Assembly (NCBI GenBank): GCA_007376445.1
Contig: VMGF01000001.1
Span: 114,875-178,874 of the forward strand
Length of the DNA stretch: 64,000 nucleotides
Reading direction: 5' to 3'
DNA from: Parcubacteria group bacterium Gr01-1014_3
GTDB taxonomy: Bacteria; Patescibacteriota; Minisyncoccia; UBA6257; WO2-44-18
Part shown: piece after piece, positions 18,175-28,827 of the stretch
Layout: each line of letters begins with the position of its first letter
How positions within the stretch are numbered: position 1 is the stretch's first letter
Notes under the pieces: generated by a model
Seen by the model: the letters and a program-made list of their open reading frames with translations, nothing else
Database searches by the model: none
What the model was told of the DNA's origin: nothing
Translations under genes and position numbers: made by a program

Positions 18175-19095
18175 TTAAAAGACTATATCAGCAGTATCGT
18201 ATCTTGGCAATAAAAAGTCATTATCAGAAGATAGTATGCTTCGCCTATCAATAGTCAGAGCGTATTTAAATCCTTCTGATGCTAATACCTCTAAAACGGC
18301 TGGGCCGTTGCGGCCATGCGGATAAGAAAAAATATCTTGCCGATTCCCTAAAAGATCGAACAAGATTTCCTTACTTAAACGAATATCCTTTTGCATGATG
18401 TCCTTGTTTCCAATGTCAAAAGCGGAATGATTGTGGGAATGGCTGCCAATTGTCATTCCGGCCTGATGCAATGATTTCACCTCTTGCTTACTCATGAATA
18501 ACCGCTGACTTATCTCCTTTTCGTTAAGACCGAAAATTTTAAATCCGTACCTTAAAAACTGTCCCTTGATGTCTTCCGGAAGCATGATCATTGTTTCTTT
18601 GAAATTCGCGATTGAAATAGTTTCGTGCAGTCGCCGCTCAGTCAGTCGGCGATCTTTTGGAATAATGTATTGCTTTTTCAAATCTGGATAAAAATTTTGC
18701 ATAAAATCGTGGAAAGTATCTATAATTTTTTCCGGCGACAATCTGGAAAGCAAAATGTGGACTTTATGGGCAGTTGGCAAATGCCCTTCGAACACGGAAG
18801 TGATCGGGAAAAACGTCGCGGTAGCGTTATATTTTTTCAAAATCGGAAAAGCGTTGATATATTGATCCTTAAGACCATCGTCAAAAGTAATGACGCAATA
18901 TTTACCACTCTTACCGTCGCGCGTAGCCTCGACTAGTTCTGAAACAGAAACAATCTTATAGTTTTCGCTCAAAAACTGGACCTGTTTTTCAAAATCTTTA
19001 ACCGAGCAAGGATAAATCCCCGAAAATTCCGGACTGGGATCTTCCACATAATGGTAATTAACGATTATATAATTGTCGCTTTTGGAATAAGCCAT
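18175..19095 (-). CDS. Polysaccharide deacetylase (CE4, NodB homology domain), 306 aa
   Basis: CVITFDDGLKDQ (TFDDG motif) and TIGSHSHNHSAFD histidine motif. Confidence 0.8.
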   Translation of the reverse strand: MAYSKSDNYIIVNYHYVEDPSPEFSGIYPCSVKDFEKQVQFLSENYKIVSVSELVEATRDGKSGKYCVITFDDGLKDQYINAFPILKKYNATATFFPITSVFEGHLPTAHKVHILLSRLSPEKIIDTFHDFMQNFYPDLKKQYIIPKDRRLTERRLHETISIANFKETMIMLPEDIKGQFLRYGFKIFGLNEKEISQRLFMSKQEVKSLHQAGMTIGSHSHNHSAFDIGNKDIMQKDIRLSKEILFDLLGNRQDIFSYPHGRNGPAVLEVLASEGFKYALTIDRRSILSSDNDFLLPRYDTADIVF

Positions 19096-19097
19096 TT

Positions 19098-20417
19098 TTA
19101 AGTAATTTTTTCTATGAGATCTACGTTGCGCCTGTAAGAAAGTCCGTCCCGAAAAACGAAAAATCGGTCGGCGACCCTCTGTCGATTTTCACTGTCTTTC
19201 ATCGGATTAGCCAAATACTCGTTAATACTACTTAGCATTTCTTCATCGTTTGGAACAAAGCGAATCGCCTTTTCTTTTATTAATGGATAATAGTAGGAAC
19301 TTTCATCAAAATAGTGCTTGTTCTGAAATAATAACGCTGGATCGATAAAATTTATAACCGGCTTGTCAAAAATAAAAGATTCTAAAGAAATAGTTGATTT
19401 GTGATTGATATTTATATCGGTATAAGCCAATGTGGCCTTTAAATTTACGAAAGCGTCTAACTTCTTTTTTGGCTCCGAAATACGCTCCACAAAAATATCT
19501 GGCTCACTCAAAAAAATCCGATACCATTCTGGCTCATCAAAAGGATGGGGGCGAACCAAAAAATTCACATAAGGAATCACGCCTGATTTTCGTAAATCTA
19601 AAATCTTTTTAAAAATCGTGGGCTGGTTCGGGGCGCGGCCGCCAGAGGCGAATAAGATCGTTTTATATTTCGGATTCAGGCCTTTAATGGATAAAAATTC
19701 ATCGCGGCTCGGGATTTGGCGAGAGACGTCAAAATATTGGTCGAACCGCATACTGCCGGTCACAAAAATCCGGTCCGGAGAAAAATGGTGGATTTTGATC
19801 GCCGCGTCCTTGAGCACCTGATTCCAAACAAAAAGGTAGTCCGGCTTACGTGATCGCACGCACTTAAAAGAAGTAAGGTTATCCCAGCTAATGTTAGTGG
19901 CCAGAGTGGGAATACCCATCTTTTTTCCATACAAAATCGCCTCGGCATCAAAGACTTGAACTCCCGGAGTAGCCGTCATAATTAAGGATGGCTGATATTT
20001 CTTGACGTATTCTTCCAGCAAAGAAGATCGCCTCATAAAAAAAAGTTCGAGCGCGGTAAAAAACCGGCTAGTCAAAAATGGCGCGAATGGCCAAGAAATA
20101 AGGCGCAGTAATCTCGCTCTTTTGTCATTCCGGAAAGCGGGACTGTCATAGTAAAACTGCAGGCTCGATACTTTATCAAACTCGTGCATGCAAACGGTGC
20201 GCAGATATTTAGTCACCGCAAAAAGCCTGGGGTTTTGAATTTTCCAAGGCACGCACTCCACGTTCAGGGCAGAAAGGATTTGCTTCGTATCAGAATCGAT
20301 CACATTGCTAAAAATAATCACGCGATATTTTTTGACCAGCTCTTTAATGTAGTTGGTTTTAAGAAGATCGGAGATAAAAAGAGAGTTTTTTAAAAAAAGG
20401 AACAGGGTTTTGTTCAT
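19098..20417 (-). CDS. TagB/TagF-like CDP-alcohol phosphotransferase, paralog 2 (439 aa)
   Basis: Collinear similarity to 3643..5001 and 44157..45512, for example KPVINFIDPALLFQNKHYFDESSYYY versus KPIINIGFEIGQEPDPYKRPTAYY. Confidence 0.55.
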   Translation of the reverse strand: MNKTLFLFLKNSLFISDLLKTNYIKELVKKYRVIIFSNVIDSDTKQILSALNVECVPWKIQNPRLFAVTKYLRTVCMHEFDKVSSLQFYYDSPAFRNDKRARLLRLISWPFAPFLTSRFFTALELFFMRRSSLLEEYVKKYQPSLIMTATPGVQVFDAEAILYGKKMGIPTLATNISWDNLTSFKCVRSRKPDYLFVWNQVLKDAAIKIHHFSPDRIFVTGSMRFDQYFDVSRQIPSRDEFLSIKGLNPKYKTILFASGGRAPNQPTIFKKILDLRKSGVIPYVNFLVRPHPFDEPEWYRIFLSEPDIFVERISEPKKKLDAFVNLKATLAYTDININHKSTISLESFIFDKPVINFIDPALLFQNKHYFDESSYYYPLIKEKAIRFVPNDEEMLSSINEYLANPMKDSENRQRVADRFFVFRDGLSYRRNVDLIEKIT

Positions 20418-20462
20418 TTATGAGTCTTGTAATTGTGCCACAAAAATGCTTAATTATCAATA

Positions 20463-21200
20463 ATGAATAAGCGGCAAATTAAGGTCCTCGGTGTAATCCC
20501 GGCCCGGGGAGGATCAAAGAGTATAACCCACAAGAACATAGTTTTGGTTGCGGGAAAGCCGCTGATTTATTACACCATCCGTGAAGCCAAAGAATCAAAA
20601 CTTTTAGATGCTGTTATTGTTTCAACCGATGATCCGAAGATCGCCGCCGTCGCCAAAAAATACGGCGCCGATGTCCCATTCCTTCGCCCGGAAAAAATTT
20701 CCGGCGATAAATCAAAAGATATTGAATTTATGCGTCATGCCTTAAGCTGGCTCAAGAAAAATCGCGGCTGGGAACCGGAAATTCTCGTCAACCTCCGGCC
20801 TACCTCGCCGCTGCGAACCGCGGAAGATATTGATAAAGTAATAGCGCTAGCAATTAAAGATAAATGCAGTATCGTCAAAACCGTTTCTCTTCCCTCTCCG
20901 CACAATCCTTTTAAAATGTGGCTTTTTGATGGAAATAAAACATCCATGCAGCCGATTCTGCCAACTAAATACTATAAAACTCTCGGCACGGATGTTCCGC
21001 GGCAAATTTTGCCGCTCGCGTATTGGCAAAACGGTTTAGTTGACGCTATCCGCGTTAAAAATATAAAAACCGGCAAAATTTTTGCCGGTCCTATCGGAGG
21101 TGTGATCACTGACTCCGAAAAATCAATTGACTTAGATGAACCAAAAGACATTAAAACCCTGGAGGAGTTTCTTACCAAGCAGTCCAACCTCCATCGATAA
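20463..21200 (+). CDS. CMP-nonulosonic acid synthetase (acylneuraminate cytidylyltransferase family), 245 aa
   Basis: VLGVIPARGGSKSITHKNI...VIVSTDDPKIAAVAKKYGADV...NLRPTSPLR match the NeuA/LegF/PseF family motifs. Confidence 0.85.
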   Translation: MNKRQIKVLGVIPARGGSKSITHKNIVLVAGKPLIYYTIREAKESKLLDAVIVSTDDPKIAAVAKKYGADVPFLRPEKISGDKSKDIEFMRHALSWLKKNRGWEPEILVNLRPTSPLRTAEDIDKVIALAIKDKCSIVKTVSLPSPHNPFKMWLFDGNKTSMQPILPTKYYKTLGTDVPRQILPLAYWQNGLVDAIRVKNIKTGKIFAGPIGGVITDSEKSIDLDEPKDIKTLEEFLTKQSNLHR

Positions 21201-21912
21201 CTAGAGTGGAGCCGGTCATATAACTCGAGGCATCTGAAGCCAAGAACAGCATGGCTCCGTTATACTCATCTGGTTCGGCCATTCGCCCGAGCATTGTCTT
21301 GGCGCTGTAATTTTTCACAAAACGCTTATCGTGGCCGCGGAACACTCCGCCAAGCACGATACAGTTCACTCGAACTCCATGCGGCCCAAGATATCCGGCC
21401 CAGCTTCTCGTAAAGTTTAGCAACGCGCCCTTGACCGTCGCGTAAGCGATGGACTTATGCATTCCCTTCTTGTAAATGCGATCATCGGGAGCATTCAGTC
21501 CATAGTGTGATCCAACATTAATTATCGATCCGCTTCTCTGCTTCATCATGAGCGGCGCCAAGGCCTGGGCGCAGACGAGCGCGCCGGTAAGTCCAACTTC
21601 GATCTCGGCTCTCCAGAGTGAAAGCGGGTACTTTTCGTATCGGGCAAACTGCTGAGATGCCGCCTTATCGTTCGGCGCCGGATTCATAGCCGCGTTGTTG
21701 ATGAGAATATCGACTCGGCCAAATTTCTCCATCAGCTTCCTGGTTGCCACCATAACCTTTGTTGGATTGGTAATATCGATCGAATCCTTCGAATCGCATT
21801 TGTCCCAGGAAACAACCCGGGCGCCGGCCTCCAAGAATGCGCGCGCATATTCCCTGCCTAAAAATCCATTACCGCCGGTAATTACCGCGACCTTGTCCTG
21901 CAGTGGTTTCAC
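21172..21912 (-). CDS. Short-chain dehydrogenase/reductase (SDR), 246 aa
   Basis: KVAVITGGNGFLGREYARAF and YATVKGA (YxxxK). Confidence 0.8.
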   Translation of the reverse strand: MKPLQDKVAVITGGNGFLGREYARAFLEAGARVVSWDKCDSKDSIDITNPTKVMVATRKLMEKFGRVDILINNAAMNPAPNDKAASQQFARYEKYPLSLWRAEIEVGLTGALVCAQALAPLMMKQRSGSIINVGSHYGLNAPDDRIYKKGMHKSIAYATVKGALLNFTRSWAGYLGPHGVRVNCIVLGGVFRGHDKRFVKNYSAKTMLGRMAEPDEYNGAMLFLASDASSYMTGSTLVIDGGWTAW

Positions 21913-22868
21913 GGAGTCTCCTTTCTGAGAATCTGGCCCAGAGCCTGAAGCGCGAGATCGTTAACGATGAGTCCCTGCTTCAAATCCACGGTAGGTTTCA
22001 GCCCGGACCGTATGCATTCAATGCAGTGCTTGATCTCGTCGAGATACATGGTATTTCTCTCAAAATCCGGCGGTAAATCACCGGCTTCGGTTTTATCGTC
22101 CCAGACGATGGAACCATGGGTTCCGACAATCTCTATCCTTCGACGCGTCGGTTTGAGATAACTCAATTCAATACTGCCAACGGCGCCGGAGGTAAACTCC
22201 AGCAAAATCTTGACCGTATCCTCCACGTCGATGTTCAAATCACCTAGCGTTCCACCAAGGCAGGCGATTTTTTTCACATCGCCCATTAGATAGTACGCCC
22301 AATCAATTGCATGGCTCTGGACAAGAATGACACCTCCGCCGAGATCTCGCCGGCAAGCATAGCTCGCGTGATAATCTTCCCACGGATGCCAATTGACAAC
22401 CTGGTCGGAAATTTCAGCGTGAAAAGAAACTACCTTCCCAATTTTCCCATCCCTAAGTTGCGCGTAGGCTCGCTGGATTAACGGATGAAAGCGAAAATGA
22501 TAACCAACCTGCGCTACAAGATTCTTTCCCTCGACCAGCCGCAACAGATCGTGCCGTTCAAAAATATTCGTATCGTGAACAACCGGTTTTTCGATAAATA
22601 GATTGCATCCCGCTCTGGCTGCCGCGAGCGCGGTTTCCATGTGCGCCGATGTCGGGTTCGCCACGATCACCAAGTCCGGACGCTGATTCAGCGCCTCCTG
22701 AAAATCGGTATAGGTAATCGGCTGGAATTCGTCCAAAAATTTCTGAACAAACCCGTCATTCGCTCCCTTGCCGGTTCGATAGACAATGATGTCATCATGC
22801 TTTAAGCTCTTGAGATTGCGATAATGCCTCTGTCCTATTGAGCCGAGTCCGCAGATCAAAAACTTCAT
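21909..22868 (-). CDS. Gfo/Idh/MocA family oxidoreductase, 319 aa
   Basis: MKFLICGLGSIGQRHYRNL Rossmann N-terminus and the EKP motif (IEKP). Confidence 0.8.
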   Translation of the reverse strand: MKFLICGLGSIGQRHYRNLKSLKHDDIIVYRTGKGANDGFVQKFLDEFQPITYTDFQEALNQRPDLVIVANPTSAHMETALAAARAGCNLFIEKPVVHDTNIFERHDLLRLVEGKNLVAQVGYHFRFHPLIQRAYAQLRDGKIGKVVSFHAEISDQVVNWHPWEDYHASYACRRDLGGGVILVQSHAIDWAYYLMGDVKKIACLGGTLGDLNIDVEDTVKILLEFTSGAVGSIELSYLKPTRRRIEIVGTHGSIVWDDKTEAGDLPPDFERNTMYLDEIKHCIECIRSGLKPTVDLKQGLIVNDLALQALGQILRKETP

Positions 22869-22883
22869 ACTGCCTCCTTATTT

Positions 22884-24860
22884 GTGTCTTTAGGTTTACA
22901 AAGAGCACTCATATTGTGCATAATCTTGATGATGAAGTCAACCATACAAAAAATTCAGAATGAGCTTTATTACAGCCTAAATCGTTATCTTGGCTCTAAA
23001 CAAAACGGTCCGGAAGATGAAGCCATTAAAATAACTAATGGTTATAAAAAACTTCCAGGACTGGCGAAAAATACTCCAACCGCGCCGCAAACTTTAGAGG
23101 TGCCAGAATTAAGGCTGTCGGACTATAAAAAAACGCCTTATTTTAATACCCTAACCAACCTCGCCAAGACAGTTCAGGCTGAATTAAAACCCTTTATAAA
23201 AGCCTTTGTTGTCCATGGAAGCTTAGCCACAATGGACTTTATCCCCGACTTCAGCGACCTGGATACGTTTGTGGTCGTAAAGAAAGAAGTTTGCGCGAAC
23301 ACCAAGCTACTAAGCCAACTCAGAGATAAAGTCGTTCAAGCTCAGAAACTACTTTCCGAAATAGATTCGCTCGCCCATCATGGTTTTATTTTTTGCGCTG
23401 AACAAAATCTCTCCTATTACCCCCAGCACTATCTTCCCGTAACGGTATTCCGGTACGCGAAAAGTTTGGACGGACCGGCAAAGATCCAATTTAATATCCG
23501 GGATTCAGCGGAAGAAGCAAAAGAAAATTTCTATCACTACTACGATGTCTTCCAAAAAATCGCTAAAACCGGAAAGATGGAAAATAAACCGGGCAGCAAA
23601 CTTTACCAATTAAAATGGTTTGTGAGCATGCTCCTTTTAATGCCGAGCCTTTATCTTCAAGCCAAGGGAATTTATCTCTACAAGAAATTTTCTTTTGATT
23701 TTGTTCGGCATCCATTTCTGGAAAAGCTTAGCTTGGTCAGAAAAAACTTTAACAAGACGGCAGAAATTTTAGGTGAAGGTTATTTGAAAGAAGCGGCAAA
23801 AATGCTGAACGAATGGGCATCTGGCCTGGAACAATTTGAAAAAGATCGGAAAATTATAAACCACCCGAGAAAAATTCCGTTGTCGGTTTACGGAAAAGCC
23901 CGGCGGGAATTAGTTAGTCACTTCCGGAAAAATTCGGATGTCTTGGCGTTTTATGAATATGGCACGGTCAAAGCCCCGGGCATCAGCGACCTAGACCTTA
24001 TTTTGGTCCTAAAAGAAAAACTCAAAAATCCCTTCCGATATCCGACAGGACCAAATATAGACAAAGTTGCCAAGGGAGGACTGATCATAATGACCAAGTC
24101 AGTCTTCGAAAATGTCCAAATTTTTGACCAAACAAATTTAAAAAAGCTTTTCGGCCAAGATATCAAAGTAAAACAATTAAGCAAAAAGGAATTGGAATTG
24201 CGATCTATCGTTAGTGTCGCTGACTGGTTGCCGGAACGCATACTCCGACTGATCGGCATGCTTCGCGCCAATCCCCTCGATGTTCAGCATGCCCTTCGGT
24301 ATACACGCTCCTTCGCTTATTCATTAGAAAACGCGGCGCGCCTGACCGGCCTGAAAGATTACGATAAGTTTCTATGGGAACTACAAGAACTGCGGAGCCA
24401 ATGGAAACCGTTGAAAATAGAGCAGCTGCGGAGCTTAATTAAAAGAGGTGTTTATTGGGGCTATGAAGCCCTTAGCCGTTTTACTGAAAAATATTTCTCC
24501 GACCCTCAGCCTGCTTCCGGAGAACTTGAGTTATTCAAAAATCAAAAAATCGTTTTTGCCGATCAGCCGAGCAAGGTTGATGCCGATTGGGCCATCAGCG
24601 CTTCTCAGCAAAGATCATCCGACATCGTAGTCGTCGACCCACGGCTCGCATCGCAATTCTTTACTTACAGCCGACAGCCGGGAATTTTAGCTAAGCAAAT
24701 GCGCCGGCAACTTAATCTCAAGAACGGCCAGCTTATAAAAAATAAAAACCACCGACAATTCCTCGTTGATAAGATAAGGCTAGCTAACCACTGCGCCGAA
24801 TTTCTTAAAAGAGAAGGCTTTAAATCCGGCCTCTATCGTTTCGGATTTTATCTTAAGTAA
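22884..24860 (+). CDS. Large protein with two nucleotidyltransferase-fold (LicD-like DxD) motifs; candidate CDP-alcohol phosphotransferase, 658 aa
   Basis: HGSLATMDFIPDFSDLDTFVVV and YGTVKAPGISDLDLILVL both fit G[ST]-x(8-11)-D-x-D (NTase fold; LicD-like GxxxxxxxFIPxDxDID). Confidence 0.5.
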   Translation: MSLGLQRALILCIILMMKSTIQKIQNELYYSLNRYLGSKQNGPEDEAIKITNGYKKLPGLAKNTPTAPQTLEVPELRLSDYKKTPYFNTLTNLAKTVQAELKPFIKAFVVHGSLATMDFIPDFSDLDTFVVVKKEVCANTKLLSQLRDKVVQAQKLLSEIDSLAHHGFIFCAEQNLSYYPQHYLPVTVFRYAKSLDGPAKIQFNIRDSAEEAKENFYHYYDVFQKIAKTGKMENKPGSKLYQLKWFVSMLLLMPSLYLQAKGIYLYKKFSFDFVRHPFLEKLSLVRKNFNKTAEILGEGYLKEAAKMLNEWASGLEQFEKDRKIINHPRKIPLSVYGKARRELVSHFRKNSDVLAFYEYGTVKAPGISDLDLILVLKEKLKNPFRYPTGPNIDKVAKGGLIIMTKSVFENVQIFDQTNLKKLFGQDIKVKQLSKKELELRSIVSVADWLPERILRLIGMLRANPLDVQHALRYTRSFAYSLENAARLTGLKDYDKFLWELQELRSQWKPLKIEQLRSLIKRGVYWGYEALSRFTEKYFSDPQPASGELELFKNQKIVFADQPSKVDADWAISASQQRSSDIVVVDPRLASQFFTYSRQPGILAKQMRRQLNLKNGQLIKNKNHRQFLVDKIRLANHCAEFLKREGFKSGLYRFGFYLK

Positions 24861-25730
24861 CTACTTGCGGCGCAACTTTTTCATGATCGGCTCCTCGGAT
24901 GGAAGGATGCGCTTAACGCCATCGCCCCTGGACTTCTCGTAGTTACGAATTTCTTTAACAAGCATCTGCAGTCCTTTCTTTTCCAGGCTAGCCGCCTGAT
25001 CAGTACCCCACATTGAGCGATCAAGCGTGATGTGCCTTTCCACCATGCAAGCTCCCAGCGCGACTGCCGTTACCGATGACACCACTCCTTTTTCGTGGCC
25101 ACTATAACCGATTGGAATTCCGTAGCGTTGCTGAAAAGCCGGGATAACATGCAAATTAAGTTCGTGTAGCTCCGCCGGGTAAGTGGAGACCGCGTGTAAA
25201 ACCACTAAGTTTTCTTTACCCAAAATTGAAACGGCATGATCTACCTGCTCTTGATTGCTCATGCCAGTAGAAAGAATTATGGGCTTGTTCTTGCTCTTAA
25301 TGTGAAGCAACAATGCGTCGTCGGTCAAAGAAGCGGAAGCTATTTTATAAAAAGGCGGGTTAAATTTATCCAAAAAGTCCACGCTATCTTCGTCCCAAGG
25401 AGAAGCTGACCAAAGGATTCCCTTTTGTTTGCAGTAATCAGCGATGACCCCGTAGCTTAGGTCATCAAATTCCATTTTGTGGCGATAATCAATATAGCTG
25501 ATATAACCCCACGGAGTTTCCCGCATTTTTTCCCATTGATCACGAGGCACGCACTTTTCCGGAGTTCGTTTTTGGAACTTCACCGCGTCGCAACCGGCAT
25601 CTTTAGCCATATCGATCAGTTTTTTAGCAACCGCCAAATCACCGTTGTGGTTAATGCCGATTTCGGCAATTACGAACACGGGTTGTCCTGTTCCAACTAA
25701 GCGATCTCCTATTTTTACTGGTTTACTCAT
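24861..25730 (-). CDS. Nonulosonic acid (N-acetylneuraminate/pseudaminate/legionaminate) synthase, NeuB family, lacking a C-terminal SAF domain, 289 aa
   Basis: VFVIAEIGINHNGDLAVAKKLIDMAKDAGCDAVKFQ and IGYSGHE fit the NeuB/SpsE family. Confidence 0.85.
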   Translation of the reverse strand: MSKPVKIGDRLVGTGQPVFVIAEIGINHNGDLAVAKKLIDMAKDAGCDAVKFQKRTPEKCVPRDQWEKMRETPWGYISYIDYRHKMEFDDLSYGVIADYCKQKGILWSASPWDEDSVDFLDKFNPPFYKIASASLTDDALLLHIKSKNKPIILSTGMSNQEQVDHAVSILGKENLVVLHAVSTYPAELHELNLHVIPAFQQRYGIPIGYSGHEKGVVSSVTAVALGACMVERHITLDRSMWGTDQAASLEKKGLQMLVKEIRNYEKSRGDGVKRILPSEEPIMKKLRRK

Positions 25731-25765
25731 AGTTTTTATAACTTATTTATAACTTAAAAAAAATC

Positions 25766-27969
25766 TCAAATGTTTCTGGAATTGAAAATCCACTTTGGAT
25801 TAAACAAACTCCAATAATCATATTTAAAAACTACACTATGAAGGCCGGCGGGAACAAAAATTCCCGGAAAGACAGTGTTAACTTTATACATTGGCACTTC
25901 TTGGTCGTCAAGGAAGGCTCTCCAGCCGGGAAGATAATTCTGGGTGAAACCGAACATTCTACTATGATGTCCCTGAAACCACTCGCCTTGAAAGATCGGT
26001 ATATTTCCGATGGATCAGATTTAAAGTCGGTAATATTGGCGAAATAGACCAACGGCTTGGCAGTCGGATTATTATAGATGGCTATCGGAATATGGGCAAT
26101 ATCATCATCGCCAACCCTCAGATTAAGAGACCACTCTCCGATGCGCGGCAAATCTATTTTCGGGGCAAAGTCGTTATGATCAAAGGGAAGAAAGGTCATG
26201 AAATAACGTATTCCCAAAAAATCCGCCAATGGGAGCCGGCTTGCCAATAAGCGATATTTCTCTATTATCGAAAAATCTCGATTATCTTTAATAATGTATG
26301 TCTTATCGAGTTTTTTTTCACCTCCAGTCGTAACTAATTGGCGAGTACCAACTAATGCCATTAATCGACCCATTTCGACATTAAGCAAGGGCTCATTGGC
26401 TTCTAAATTCTCCACGCCATAGAGTAGCTGGAAGTTGGGACGGTAAGTCGGCAAATTAAATGAGGAATTATAAAGAAAATCATCTTTGGGCGGAGTATAT
26501 CCCGGATGAAAGATAGAAAAAAATAAATCGTCCCAGTCATCCGTAAAAAGAGGCAAGACCCTCTCTCTGGTCTCCCTCAGAAAGGCGGCGGTCGGCGGAT
26601 CTTTCTCATAAAAAGAACGGGATACAATAGTAGATATATTAAAGCGGTAAAAAATAACTATAAATTCTAAAAATGCCAAAATGCAAAGCGCTAAGACTTT
26701 GTGGCTGCGAAAAGAGAATGGATAATCTAAGGCTATAGCCAAAGCAATCGCAAGAATAATTGCGGAAATCATTACCGAAAATAAAGTATCCTGATTCTTA
26801 AAAACACCAAGGGCTAAAAGCAAAAAGATGCTTATCCCGACGCCGATTAGACACAGAAGCCCCGTTGCTTTCTTTTTGTTTTGTTCAAAAAACGACATGA
26901 AGTAACTACTCCCATATCCAACAAGAACGGCCGCGGCAAAAGTTCCTATCAACATAAACCGGGCGGCGCCCTGGAAAAGATTAAAAATCGGCAGGTGACT
27001 CAATAATTGAAAAAGAGGTGAGCCGTGAATTGATAAAACAACGGCAATTAAAAATACGCCTCGAAAAAAACCAATCATTTCTCTTTTAACCCAGAATGAA
27101 AGAATTAAAAATATTAGCGGAACCATCCCGGGATACAAATACGCGTCAAGGCCTCGACTGGAAGTCAGATGGAAAAAATTCAGCAATTGTTCCGGCAAAA
27201 TCGCGTACCCTTCATGGGCAAATCCGCCACTTCGTTGTGAAAATTGAGTCATAACATAAGTTGGCACCAACTGAAGCAACCCAATGCCCGTTCCGATCAG
27301 AAAAATGAGGAAAAATGCCGAAAGGATTCGAGGAAAAATCTTTTTGTATCTATCCCTCCAACCCAAGAACAGAACGAAGCTAAAAGCGGCTGACGCGATA
27401 TACAAAATGGGAAAATAAGAAGACATTAGCCAGCCGTACCCGATCAAAAGTCCTCCTAAAAAAATGAGGAGCGCCCGCTTCTTTGTAGAATCGCTCTTAT
27501 ATATCTTAATTAAAATCAAAAAAAGTGCCGGCTGGATAAAAAGCGCGGTTCCTAATACTAAATCTCTCGCAAAGTGAATGTTGCCGGCAAAATAAGCGAA
27601 GGCGCCGATAAAAGACGGCCAAATACCTATATCGAGTTCTCGCATAAATAAAATAAAGAAGAGGCATGCCAATGACAGCGTAAGCCACAGTCCCCAATAA
27701 TGGACAGTTGCTGCCGGGAGAATATACAAAAAAAGATAAATTGGCGCGAACGGGAAACCGCCTATGGAAATAAAGTTAGGAAATCCCGTGGCTATATAAG
27801 GATTCCAAAATGGGCTTTCGCTTTTTGTAATGGCATTCTTATAAAATGTCATCTGGGGGATATTTAATTCAACGGAATCGGTCCCCATCACATAGGCGCC
27901 AATTAAAACCGGAATAGAAACCACCCCGATTATGAAAAAGGAAATTAAAAGAATTTTAGTTGTGTTCAT
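25766..27969 (-). CDS. YfhO-like polytopic membrane protein (GT-C-like candidate), paralog 1, with a reading-frame discontinuity near 25950
   Basis: Main frame runs 25831..27969 (track ORF trimmed to MNTTKIL..., which abuts the stop of the upstream MT). A conserved C-terminal beta-domain (FTQNYLPGWRAFLDDQEVPMYKVNTVFPGIFVPAGLHSVVFKYDYWSLFNPKWIF) is encoded in a different frame at 25766..25957. Confidence 0.5.
25851..25949. repeat. 99-bp segment 100% identical to 29612..29710 (copy 1)
   Basis: Direct reading: ggaacaaaaattcccggaaagacagtgttaactttatacattggcacttcttggtcgtcaaggaaggctctccagccgggaagataattctgggtgaaa appears in both YfhO-like paralogs, although their flanks are diverged. Confidence 0.9.
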
Positions 27970-27971
27970 TT

Positions 27972-28775
27972 CTACTTCTTTCTGGCAATTACATAAAAAC
28001 CGCAAGAAATATATTCAGCGCCGCGATAGCGAATCAAGATCAAATCTAAAAGCTTGATGGGAAAAGTAACTATTACTAAAAACATCCAAATAATATCTTT
28101 TAAAATACGGACATTAAAAGACAACAATAAGGATAACCATTCCTGGGCAATGAATAAAAAGGCGGATGTCGGTCCAATAATTGGCTTAACTTCTACTATC
28201 TCCATATCCGAAAATAAAAAACGGAGTCCCTCCGCCGTCCAACGAGAATAATCATGCGGCGAAGGATGAAATGGCATTAAAAAATTAGTGGCCAGATAAA
28301 GGTAGCCGCCGCTTTTTAAAACCCGCTTCATCTCTCTAATTCCTTGAAGTGGGTTTTCCAAATGCTCTAAGACCCAGGCAGAGACAATGCCATCCAACGA
28401 TTCATCATTAAAGGGCAGGTCCTGGGCATCCGCCAGCACATCTACCTCATTCCACGGATGAATGTCCACGTTGATGATTTCCGGATGCAAACGACGGCTT
28501 CCGGAACCGATTTCCGCGACTAAACCACTAGACGAAACATATTTGAAGATGGACCTTGGCGGCTTCCCCAAGAAAAGCGCCGGCGCAAGAACGTAGAAAA
28601 TGAAAGAATAAAGCCTAGGGAATCGACGGAAAAAAGTCTTCAATCGCACGATAAACCCTGTATGCAGATCCCGCTCCGTCTGCGCATATATATCGTCTTT
28701 GATAAAAAGCGGCCTTCCCTCAATAAATCTCCTAGGTGGTATTTTAAATTTTAAACGCTCCAGCTTCGATTTCAT
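27972..28775 (-). CDS. Class I SAM-dependent methyltransferase with C-terminal membrane helices, paralog B (267 aa)
   Basis: VAEIGSGSRR ... LKSGGYLYLATNF; about 50% identical to 14611..15405. Confidence 0.75.
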   Translation of the reverse strand: MKSKLERLKFKIPPRRFIEGRPLFIKDDIYAQTERDLHTGFIVRLKTFFRRFPRLYSFIFYVLAPALFLGKPPRSIFKYVSSSGLVAEIGSGSRRLHPEIINVDIHPWNEVDVLADAQDLPFNDESLDGIVSAWVLEHLENPLQGIREMKRVLKSGGYLYLATNFLMPFHPSPHDYSRWTAEGLRFLFSDMEIVEVKPIIGPTSAFLFIAQEWLSLLLSFNVRILKDIIWMFLVIVTFPIKLLDLILIRYRGAEYISCGFYVIARKK

Positions 28776-28827
28776 AAATTATACTATACTACACATCGTC
28801 ATATTTATGATAGAATAGTTTTGTTAA

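Noticed and set aside
25940-26010. Programmed ribosomal frameshifting as the explanation for the out-of-frame C-terminal domains of the YfhO-like paralogs
   Set aside because: The two copies would need shifts in opposite directions (roughly -1 in copy 1, +1 in copy 2). No slippery heptamer or downstream structure is evident, and copy 1 has an extra 50 nt at the junction. Gene conversion, split genes or assembly error are more parsimonious.
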